Assembly: GCA_964587465.1 (NCBI GenBank) | Contig: CAZPLH010000002.1 | Coordinates: forward strand, 639 to 34,198 | Reading direction: 5' to 3' | Length of the DNA: 33,560 nt | Source: an uncultured Candidatus Saccharibacteria bacterium | GTDB lineage: Bacteria; Patescibacteriota; Saccharimonadia; Saccharimonadales; CAIOMD01 | The notes under the pieces: generated by a model | Databases searched by the model: none | What the model saw: only the letters and a program-made list of their open reading frames with translations | Told to the model about the DNA's origin: nothing | Shown here: one piece after another, positions 23,009 through 30,268 of the stretch | Layout: every line of letters begins with the position of its first letter | Position numbering within the stretch: the first letter of the stretch is position 1 | Program-made: the position numbers and the translations under genes

Positions 23009-23019
23009 ACGGGCAGCCA

Positions 23020-23235
23020 CTAGAACAACGGCTCCTTTTGCATCGGGGGTTGTTTACCTAAAATGGTGCCTTTATTAACAGCTCCGCGTTCCATTCTATC
23101 GAATTTGGCGCAGTCTGCCAGATAGCGCATATCAATAGCAATACTTGCTAGGGCCAAGGCTTGCATTGCTTGGGTATTGGTGTATGCGGCACCATCATCG
23201 ACCATCTGGCGTAATTGCTCAAGCGGGTCTTTCAT
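23020..23235 (-). CDS. Hypothetical protein
   Basis: 71-aa ORF. Its ATG overlaps the thyX-like stop by 4 nt. Confidence 0.5.
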   Translation of the reverse strand: MKDPLEQLRQMVDDGAAYTNTQAMQALALASIAIDMRYLADCAKFDRMERGAVNKGTILGKQPPMQKEPLF

Positions 23236-24095
23236 TTTGGCGTAATCCCAATCTGGTGGCGCTTGGACACGAAAGTGCGGTTGTCCTCACGGGCCCACGG
23301 GAAGTCGCACTGGCCCTCAACCTGCTCCCAGCCTTGGAAAGTGCACTTCTGCGGCTTCTCGCAACTGATCTTCGCATACGGCGCAATCCACGGGTGGGCT
23401 TCTACCAACACATCCCGCATCTGTCGCATGACAGATACAATTTCCCACGAGAACATCGAGCAACCACGGTAGGCATAGACCGCCAACCACTCCCGAATGC
23501 TGTACTCGCAAAGAATGTAATTGGTTGTCGCCTCCCCAAGGCAGTACCGCGCATCCTGGTAGCTGATGTCTTCTTCACAAGCAATTTGGTAGGCGAAACG
23601 AGCCGCATCAGCAGCAACCAAATATGCATTACGGGCGCGATCATTAGCCCAGATTGACTCCGGCACGCGCACTTCAGGCTCATCACCATAGTAGTGCGCA
23701 CGCTGGCTCTGCTGGTGGAAAGCGGCACGCCGCGACCTAACCAACTGATGTGTGCAAGTGCGGCTTACCCCGCCAACCTCAAATACAATGACTTGGGTCT
23801 CAAGCGCGGTCTGTAGGCCACCCTCCAGCATTTCCTCCCAGTCCGCCACATCCGGCGGGTTATCGGGGTCAACACCGATCGTGGCATTGATCGCACGCGA
23901 AAGTGTCTTGCGCATCTGCTCTTCATCGATGCCCTGCACCAATTTGACATTGATGCCGTCGGTACCAACTTGAACCATACCGTTGTCGCGTGGGTTACGC
24001 GGCTCACCTTGGTCGAAACTGAGGCGGTTAAAGGCAACATCCTTGGTAATGCCTTCAACGCGCTGGTCCGCAAATTCGCGGCTGTACTTCATCAT
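23232..24095 (-). CDS. thyX: Flavin-dependent thymidylate synthase (ThyX)-like protein, divergent signature
   Basis: ALETQVIVFEVGGVSRTCTHQLVRSRRAAFHQQSQRAHY aligns with the ThyX motif region (..QL.RHR..S..Q.SQRY). DARYCLGEATTNY...YAYRGCSMFSWEI aligns with AR..LP....R...AQ.EIR. Several canonical residues are replaced. Confidence 0.75.
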   Translation of the reverse strand: MMKYSREFADQRVEGITKDVAFNRLSFDQGEPRNPRDNGMVQVGTDGINVKLVQGIDEEQMRKTLSRAINATIGVDPDNPPDVADWEEMLEGGLQTALETQVIVFEVGGVSRTCTHQLVRSRRAAFHQQSQRAHYYGDEPEVRVPESIWANDRARNAYLVAADAARFAYQIACEEDISYQDARYCLGEATTNYILCEYSIREWLAVYAYRGCSMFSWEIVSVMRQMRDVLVEAHPWIAPYAKISCEKPQKCTFQGWEQVEGQCDFPWAREDNRTFVSKRHQIGITPK

Positions 24096-24096
24096 T

Positions 24097-24360
24097 TTAC
24101 TGCCCTTCTGTTTTCATCATACTTGCGTCTGCCTCAGACATATACGCCCACTCCTTATAGATCAACTCCTCAACTGGTATGGCAATACACTCCTTGTTCT
24201 CACCATTTACGGCGATCACGGTCTTGACCGGCTCAATGCCAATCTGGGCCAGGCTTTTCAGCACCGACTGGTATGGCGGCTTTCTGGGCGTACCGCCACC
24301 AAATACACCTCCCAAGGTATTAGCGACCCGCTTTGCGGCATCTGCTTGCGGATTAGTCAT
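24097..24360 (-). CDS. Hypothetical protein
   Basis: 87-aa ORF. Its start overlaps the DnaE-core stop by 8 nt. Confidence 0.5.
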   Translation of the reverse strand: MTNPQADAAKRVANTLGGVFGGGTPRKPPYQSVLKSLAQIGIEPVKTVIAVNGENKECIAIPVEELIYKEWAYMSEADASMMKTEGQ

Positions 24361-26686
24361 CTTGCATCACCCACATATCTCTCACTTGAATGCTTACGCC
24401 AAAGCCATCTCGCTTGACGCCTTTAAACAGAACTATGTCTTTGCCCAAATTGATACTCTCAATTTGCTCTTGTAGTTTGGGGAAGGTCCAACGGTTTACG
24501 CGGCAATAGCATTCGTCGTCCCCATCATCGACACATTTCAGCACGCAACCCTTTAACAAGTCTGGGTCTCTCATATTCGCCAGGATCTCATCGACATCCT
24601 TGCCGGTCCTGGCACGCTCATCCTCAATGTAGTCCTTGTATTCCCGAATCTGCGGGATACCGGCCCAGACAACTTCATGCGTTCCCTCACGGGGAATGTC
24701 GTCGCTAGTCTCATGTGTGTAGTTGGGCAGATAGTACCGGTGACTGTTATCTAGTAACCATTTTCGGAAAGACACCATTCGGTTACTAATCACCTTGAGA
24801 CCAAATGGATCAGGGTTATCGACAAAGTCAGCAATCTTGTTAATTGTCGACGGGCCAATGCCTTTAATCTCCAAAAGGTCATCCCAATCCGGCAACGGGC
24901 CTGACCAATCCATATCCTCAAGGTAATTGACTATAGCAGTAGCAGTTTTAGGGCCGATACCGGGAATTTGCCTGAACCCGGCGCATACGGTATTAGTATC
25001 CGGCGCGGTCCAATTCTCGTCGCTATCAAGCAAATCGGGCGGCGCAACCGTAATGCCATGTCGCATAGCATCTTTGAGCAGCCGATTTCGGCGGGTTTCA
25101 TCCGGCGTCTTGCGCAATTGCGCTGCGTAAAATGCTGTAGGGTGGTGTACTTTCAACCACATCTGCCAGAAAGCTAGCATGCTATAACTGATACAATGCG
25201 CCACGTTGAAAGAGTATGTGGCTGAGGTAGCCATGAAGCGCCAAATTCGTCGCGCTTGCGCCGGCGTGCACCCGTGTTGGCTACACGCATTCTCCTCAAA
25301 TTCCTTGTACATCTCATCAAATTGGGCCTCACCCAACTTCTGCGAAATGATCTGCCGAATTGCGTGGATCTTGGTCATTGGAAACCCGCCCAAGTCGCGG
25401 ATGATCCGTAGTACCTGCTCCTGATAGATTATCTGGCCGTAAGTCCATCCAGCATATTCATCCACAATCGGGTGGTAGTGCTCTATGGTTTGTCGATTAT
25501 GCTTGACATCGATATATGCAGCTGCCATCCCCGAGAACAATGGCCCTGGACGCGATAAAGCGTTGATGTCGGCGAGGTGCTGAAAGTGATCGGGCTTGAC
25601 ATCCCGACAGACAAGACGTGTTGCCCTACCCTCAAATTGAAAGATGCCGGTGACGTCATTATTACGAAACGCTTCCAGTGTTCTGGTGTCCGTAAGCGGT
25701 ACACGATACAAGTCCTCCAGATCCATGTCGATCATATTCAAAGCGTGGCCGATCATACCCATGGTAGCTAGGCCCAGGATATCCTGTTTCAGGAAGCCAA
25801 CATATGCGGCATCCTTTTTGTCATAGGCAATTACGGTTATGTCGCGGCCATCTTTGTTTCGCGTATATGTAGCGCAGAAGTCATTGATTGGCGCGTTAGC
25901 AATTACCAGGCCGGCTGCGTGTACGCCCATGCCCCGATAGTTGCCCTCAAGCTTTATGGCGTTACCTAGTTCGGGGTAGCGTTCAAGTACTTCACGAGCC
26001 TTTGGGAAGGTTGCAAACGTATCTTCTAGCGAGTCGCTTAGCCGCGAATCTCCACCGGATCGTTCGATGATCAGGCCCTTGACAGTTTCAACTTCCCACT
26101 TCGGTATCTGGTAAACCCGCGCCACGTCATCGAGACTGTTCTTACCACGATAGCGAGTGAAGTTGGCAATATGCCCAACGTTGCCTGCCCCATATTTGCT
26201 GGCTGCATATTCAAATACCTCGTGACGGCGCTCATCATCAAAGTCAAGGTCGATGTCCGGCGCTTCTGTTCGCGTTGGGTCGATGAATCGCTCAAAGAGC
26301 ATATTCGGGTGCTGTAGCGGGTCCACTTCTGTGATGCGCAGAAGGTAGCAAACCAAACTGGCAGCCGCGCTACCACGCCCCGGTCCAACTGGTATCTTGT
26401 TATCCTTGGCCCAGCGGACAATATCGCTGGTGACCATGAAGTAGTCAACAAAGTTCTTGCTTATGATTAGTTCTAGCTCATATTCGGCGCGCTCAATGTA
26501 TTCCTGCTTGCGCTTCACCATATCCGTGTTGCCAGTACGGTGTACGCGAAACTGCCAACCGAAGTTCATCCACTTTCGCAGCAACGCGATTGCTTCGGGG
26601 CTGGCGGGGTTAACCAATGCATTTTCAAGCCCTGTTGAGTATGCGCCAACCAGTTTGGCTACCCTGGCCGCTACGTCGTCAGCCAT
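24353..26686 (-). CDS. dnaE: DNA polymerase III alpha (DnaE-type) polymerase core: palm/thumb/fingers, HhH, OB; lacks a PHP domain
   Basis: 777 aa. YELELIISKNFVDYFMVTSDIVRWAKDNKIPVGPGRGSAAASLVCYLLRITEVDP is the canonical DnaE palm entry. HhH-like GIGPKTATAIV and IKGIGPSTINKI. OB-like C-terminus. Confidence 0.9.
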   Translation of the reverse strand: MADDVAARVAKLVGAYSTGLENALVNPASPEAIALLRKWMNFGWQFRVHRTGNTDMVKRKQEYIERAEYELELIISKNFVDYFMVTSDIVRWAKDNKIPVGPGRGSAAASLVCYLLRITEVDPLQHPNMLFERFIDPTRTEAPDIDLDFDDERRHEVFEYAASKYGAGNVGHIANFTRYRGKNSLDDVARVYQIPKWEVETVKGLIIERSGGDSRLSDSLEDTFATFPKAREVLERYPELGNAIKLEGNYRGMGVHAAGLVIANAPINDFCATYTRNKDGRDITVIAYDKKDAAYVGFLKQDILGLATMGMIGHALNMIDMDLEDLYRVPLTDTRTLEAFRNNDVTGIFQFEGRATRLVCRDVKPDHFQHLADINALSRPGPLFSGMAAAYIDVKHNRQTIEHYHPIVDEYAGWTYGQIIYQEQVLRIIRDLGGFPMTKIHAIRQIISQKLGEAQFDEMYKEFEENACSQHGCTPAQARRIWRFMATSATYSFNVAHCISYSMLAFWQMWLKVHHPTAFYAAQLRKTPDETRRNRLLKDAMRHGITVAPPDLLDSDENWTAPDTNTVCAGFRQIPGIGPKTATAIVNYLEDMDWSGPLPDWDDLLEIKGIGPSTINKIADFVDNPDPFGLKVISNRMVSFRKWLLDNSHRYYLPNYTHETSDDIPREGTHEVVWAGIPQIREYKDYIEDERARTGKDVDEILANMRDPDLLKGCVLKCVDDGDDECYCRVNRWTFPKLQEQIESINLGKDIVLFKGVKRDGFGVSIQVRDMWVMQDD

Positions 26687-27597
26687 GGCTCATAGTCCCG
26701 TTCATCGATGGGGTACTTAATTGGTTCCACCTTAGGCAATACCACATTACAGCGGTCGGCGATTAGTGATGTATTCTCCAAGGCCTGAACAGCCGCATCC
26801 TCTGAAAGACCTGTTCCCACAAGATCCCGGTGGACTCGCTCATCGGACTCTGGTATGTCAAGGGTGATATCATACTCCCAGGACGCTTCAGTTTGGGACA
26901 CAGTACTGCTACGGTGAGACGCATGAAGAATCTTTTGCATCTCGTTTTGGTTAGGAGTGCAGTAATGGCAATCGCTCGTTGCAGCAAGACCCGCTCCGGT
27001 ATCTGCTGATAGCCTTTCATGCGCGACAGCGAGCGTGCGAGTACGGTCCAGTCCAGGAAATCTCTGGCACTCAATGTAGAATCTATCACCAAATACCTTC
27101 TGGTACCATCGTACAAGCCCAATGGCATTTTCGTAGCTGTCGGCAGTAACCGTATCTCGCTTGTCACCAAAGTATTTTCCACCCAGCAACGTGCACGAGA
27201 GCGCGCTGTCGGCACATCCCGATAAGATGATGAGGCCTTCACTGTATTCCTCCAACCGATCCAGGTGTATGGTTGGCCATCTGTAGAAATCCCGCCAGGA
27301 TTGGCTCACGAGCTTGTTCAAATTGGCATACCCAATTTGGTTCATAGCCAGAATGGTCTGATGAGTTTTACGATTTTGCGACGGCGGCGCAATATAGCCC
27401 TCAACGCCGAATATGGGCTTGATGTCAAATTCAGCCGCGGCTTTCTCAAGCATGACGTGACTGCTAACATTACCATGTTCGGTCAGAGCCATGGCTTTCA
27501 TGCCATAGGCTGCCGCGGTCATTACGTGCTCCCGCGGCAGCCCAAAACCGTCGCCATAGCTCATGGTTGAGTGATGGTGAAGGCTGACATATTGCAT
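26671..27597 (-). CDS. dnaE: Stand-alone PHP domain corresponding to the N-terminus of DnaE
   Basis: 308 aa. MQYVSLHHHSTMSYGDGFGLPREHV...ALTEHGNVSSH...IFGVEGYI is the PHP metal-binding pattern. It ends in TAG at 26671, 16 nt inside the next ORF, which is in the -1 frame. Confidence 0.9.
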   Translation of the reverse strand: MQYVSLHHHSTMSYGDGFGLPREHVMTAAAYGMKAMALTEHGNVSSHVMLEKAAAEFDIKPIFGVEGYIAPPSQNRKTHQTILAMNQIGYANLNKLVSQSWRDFYRWPTIHLDRLEEYSEGLIILSGCADSALSCTLLGGKYFGDKRDTVTADSYENAIGLVRWYQKVFGDRFYIECQRFPGLDRTRTLAVAHERLSADTGAGLAATSDCHYCTPNQNEMQKILHASHRSSTVSQTEASWEYDITLDIPESDERVHRDLVGTGLSEDAAVQALENTSLIADRCNVVLPKVEPIKYPIDERDYEPWLTT

Positions 27598-27598
27598 A

Positions 27599-27736
27599 TT
27601 AGTAGGTCAGCGACCCGTCATCGACACCCTTCTTCAGGTGCTCCTTGTCCTCGTCGGTGAGCTCCTTCCAGTCATTGGCGAACTCACGGGTGCCCATCTC
27701 GAAGAACTCCTTGACACCCAACATTCCCTTGGCCAT
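27599..27736 (-). CDS. Small hypothetical protein (45 aa)
   Basis: ATG 27736 (MAKGMLGVKEFFEMGTREFANDWKELTDEDKEHLKKGVDDGSLTY) shares a nucleotide with the TAA of the upstream small ORF. AAGGA lies 9 nt upstream. The track ORF start at 27790 is an in-frame extension into that upstream ORF. Confidence 0.5.
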   Translation of the reverse strand: MAKGMLGVKEFFEMGTREFANDWKELTDEDKEHLKKGVDDGSLTY

Positions 27737-27891
27737 TACTGGTTCCTTTCCTCGTGTTCCTTCTGTTGCCGGTCTACAAAATCTCGACATTCATCCAGGT
27801 CATCAAACCCGAAAATGTTTGTCAAAATCTCATAGTCGCGCCTGACTAATACACCAGCCCACGGATTTGCTATCCGTCGCCTATCAGCCAT
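27736..27891 (-). CDS. Small hypothetical protein (51 aa, not in the ORF track)
   Basis: Hand translation gives MADRRRIANPWAGVLVRRDYEILTNIFGFDDLDECRDFVDRQQKEHEERNQ. GGAGG lies 7 nt upstream of ATG 27891. The stop is coupled to the next start (TAATG). Confidence 0.55.
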   Translation of the reverse strand: MADRRRIANPWAGVLVRRDYEILTNIFGFDDLDECRDFVDRQQKEHEERNQ

Positions 27892-27922
27892 TTTCACGCC
27901 TCCGCTACCGGGCCGGTCTAGG

Positions 27923-28456
27923 CTAGTCTACCTTACCGCCATCCGTATAGCTACTGTCCAGAGCGAGCAAAATATGGCCGAGTAAATCGGTAAGTATCTC
28001 TTTGGTTTGCTCGCCTACCAACGGCTTACCCTCCCAAAGTGAACTCTTCAACTTATGTACTTTGCGCCAGATCTCTACAAATTCACCCTTATCGCCGAGA
28101 TTGGGCCAGTCCGCATAGTCCTTGTTCTTCTCTAGGAAATGCTGTAGTGCATTAGGCAAGACATCATACACAATGCGCTTAGCCTGTTCACTTGGGATGT
28201 GGTCAACTTCATAAGTTGCCTTGTCCTCTGCTATGCGCTCAACAAATACTGTTGGCCTGGTAGGGTCGAATTTGAATGGCGGGGCACCAAGCACACCGTG
28301 TGCTGGGTTGATGGTGGTATTCAACCCACGTTCACGCATGATGGCGGCTTGCGTCGTCTCGTTGACGGCCAATGGACCGCTATGACTGGCTTGGCCAGGC
28401 ACAGCTAAAAACTCTGCTATAGCCTTGGCATCCTCATATTGGTTGCTCATGGTCAT
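27923..28456 (-). CDS. DUF1599-like / MazG-like all-alpha nucleotide-metabolism protein
   Basis: 177 aa. LEKNKDYADWPNLGDKGEFVEIWRKVHKLKSSLWEGKPLVGEQTKEILTDLLGHILLAL resembles, as I recall it, the DUF1599 pattern K..DYg...G..G....K..R......E...D...D...Y. Confidence 0.5.
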   Translation of the reverse strand: MTMSNQYEDAKAIAEFLAVPGQASHSGPLAVNETTQAAIMRERGLNTTINPAHGVLGAPPFKFDPTRPTVFVERIAEDKATYEVDHIPSEQAKRIVYDVLPNALQHFLEKNKDYADWPNLGDKGEFVEIWRKVHKLKSSLWEGKPLVGEQTKEILTDLLGHILLALDSSYTDGGKVD

Positions 28457-29067
28457 TGGTTCTCATCCTTCCATTGTTGAATCAATTTGCTGATCATATA
28501 GGTCAAGTCAAACATGTCCACAGCTCGCATGCCATGAGGTGGAAAGTAGTGTCTGTTATATGGTTGGTCGCGCAAGATTGTTGGTAAGCCTGCCATATTC
28601 GCTTGCTCGACTAGTTCCGGTAGATCGTCTGCTACCGCCGCTACACGCTCTGCTCCGACGTTGCGCACGAGGTCGCGGTACTTATGCGGACCGTGTATGA
28701 TGGCATCATATTGAATATGGTTGCGTCGGCACCAATGTAATGTGTCCTTGTAAAGCTGATCATACTTAAGGTAGGGCCGGGTAGTACACAACCAAATTGA
28801 GGCTCCAGCTTTGCGAACTTGCTGAGTTAACTCACTGGCCCCTGGGTAAACAGGCATTGAGCGCTCAAGCCCGCCCTGCCGGTATGCGAGTTTGCACTGG
28901 CGGTAAGTTGCCTTAGATGTCCGCATGAACTTATGTAGTGGCAGACCAGGGTTGATGGTGTCCGCGGCAGGCATAGGCCGGCCATACCAGGCTTCCGCAA
29001 ACTTGAGGAAATGACCGTGATAATTGCCTAGCGTACCATCAATATCAAGTGCAACTATGGGCTTCAT
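28453..29067 (-). CDS. HAD-superfamily phosphatase (5'(3')-deoxyribonucleotidase-like)
   Basis: Motif I IVALDIDGTLGNY (DxDGT). Motif II LCTTRP. Late acidic motif AAVADDLPE. Its stop overlaps the ATG of the downstream DUF1599-like gene by 4 nt. Confidence 0.75.
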   Translation of the reverse strand: MKPIVALDIDGTLGNYHGHFLKFAEAWYGRPMPAADTINPGLPLHKFMRTSKATYRQCKLAYRQGGLERSMPVYPGASELTQQVRKAGASIWLCTTRPYLKYDQLYKDTLHWCRRNHIQYDAIIHGPHKYRDLVRNVGAERVAAVADDLPELVEQANMAGLPTILRDQPYNRHYFPPHGMRAVDMFDLTYMISKLIQQWKDENQ

Positions 29068-29357
29068 GCGTCGTCCTGGTCAAGGATTGACAATACTTTA
29101 TCTATGACCTTACGGCGAGCATCCATACTCATCGCAGTTTCATATGATTTTGCTGATTGCGCAAGCCGGTCATACCTATTTGTCTCAGCAATCAAGTGCG
29201 CTCGCACCCGCGCTTCTTGTGCACGCAATTGCTCAAGTTCACGCACATCCGGTAGTGATGCAATTACTGCAGATGCAACTTCTTTTTCACGACCGAATGC
29301 TACCTGTTTATGCTTCAGCACTTGCTCGACAATTTCCATGCACTCACGAGGTGTCAT
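29064..29357 (-). CDS. Hypothetical helical protein
   Basis: 97-aa ORF with 4-nt overlaps on both sides. Confidence 0.5.
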   Translation of the reverse strand: MTPRECMEIVEQVLKHKQVAFGREKEVASAVIASLPDVRELEQLRAQEARVRAHLIAETNRYDRLAQSAKSYETAMSMDARRKVIDKVLSILDQDDA

Positions 29358-30169
29358 TTTGTACCTCCAAATATCCTGACAGCATCATAGAACGCATCAC
29401 TGGTCAAAATGCCCTTCTGCCAAGCACCATAGCGACCTAAGTGGTGCATATCCTGCGCGGCGCGTATGTTACACTTTAGTGGCTTTTGTATCAGGCTTGC
29501 ACCCGCCTTGGGCGGGGTCCACCCTGTATCTGACCAAGTACCGGCATCTAGCGGCCACTCAACCGTAACATAACCATAGATATGGCTAGCGCGGTACCAA
29601 CTTGGCTCGGCATTTCCATTACAGATTACGGTAAATGGCTCAGGTCTATCATCTACGCGTTGTGTATCTGCGTCACCCATAGCCCAAACTCCCTGTACTG
29701 AAAATGTATCCCATTCATCCGCCCAGATAGTTCGTGGTACAGTAGATACAACTTCATCGAAATGATTGAGTATGGTATATAAGTCAGCCGGCCCAATATG
29801 GTCTTTGGTGATAGCAGCATCACAAATATCTATGTTGTACAACTCCCACAGCCTATCATAGACCGCCCGAATGTCCCATGCTAAGTGCTCTTCTGTCAGA
29901 TCCTCGGGGCTAACGCTATGATCCCAAAATGGGTCGTCACCATACACTTTGCGCCGGTATTCCTCAACGTCACCCTCAAGAAGATAGCGCACCATATTCG
30001 GTTCACCGCAATCTAGTCTGGGTATGTCTTTGTGTAGATATTGGGCGCCATACAACGGGCTTTTGCGCTTACGGCTATATATGCGGAAGTCCCAACCAGC
30101 TAAGTTAGCGGCGTGGGCCACCAACAATCCCGCCGGGCCGCAGCCTAAGATTGCTACGCTCTTGGTCAC
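29354..30169 (-). CDS. Short FAD/NAD(P)-binding Rossmann flavoprotein (UGM / amine-oxidase-like ends)
   Basis: GTG 30169 with GGGAG 5 nt upstream. N-terminal dinucleotide fingerprint SVAILGCGPAGLLVAHAANLAG. C-terminal HLGRYGAWQKGILTSDAFYDAV resembles the GR.g.y.y...d.a closing motif of GLF/amine-oxidase-type flavoenzymes. Only 271 aa. Confidence 0.6.
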   Translation of the reverse strand: MTKSVAILGCGPAGLLVAHAANLAGWDFRIYSRKRKSPLYGAQYLHKDIPRLDCGEPNMVRYLLEGDVEEYRRKVYGDDPFWDHSVSPEDLTEEHLAWDIRAVYDRLWELYNIDICDAAITKDHIGPADLYTILNHFDEVVSTVPRTIWADEWDTFSVQGVWAMGDADTQRVDDRPEPFTVICNGNAEPSWYRASHIYGYVTVEWPLDAGTWSDTGWTPPKAGASLIQKPLKCNIRAAQDMHHLGRYGAWQKGILTSDAFYDAVRIFGGTK

Positions 30170-30179
30170 TTATCTCCCT

Positions 30180-30268
30180 AAGCTTGTTGGGTGCGTGATT
30201 TGCTTGACACGGAATGCGCACCCCTCCGCGCTTGCCCCAGCCACTAGTACCCTGGGAAACACAAGCTT
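30180..30268 (-). other. Structured intergenic element (three nested or adjacent stems) between the SSB and flavoprotein genes
   Basis: AAGCTTGT (30180-30187) pairs with ACAAGCTT (30261-30268). GGGTGCG (30189-30195) pairs with CGCACCC (30217-30223). CCCAG (30236-30240) pairs with CTGGG (30252-30256). Confidence 0.3.

Noticed and set aside
26671-26686. Programmed -1 frameshift joining the PHP and polymerase ORFs
   Set aside because: The 16-nt overlap (CCATGGCTGACGACGTAG) contains no X-XXY-YYZ slippery heptamer, and the downstream ORF has its own ATG. Sequencing error or a genuine split remain open (see findings).
24353-27597. Intein or split-intein in DnaE
   Set aside because: No extra insert is visible. 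The ORF junction lacks Cys/Ser-start and His-Asn-end intein blocks, and the combined length (about 1085 aa) is that of a compact DnaE.
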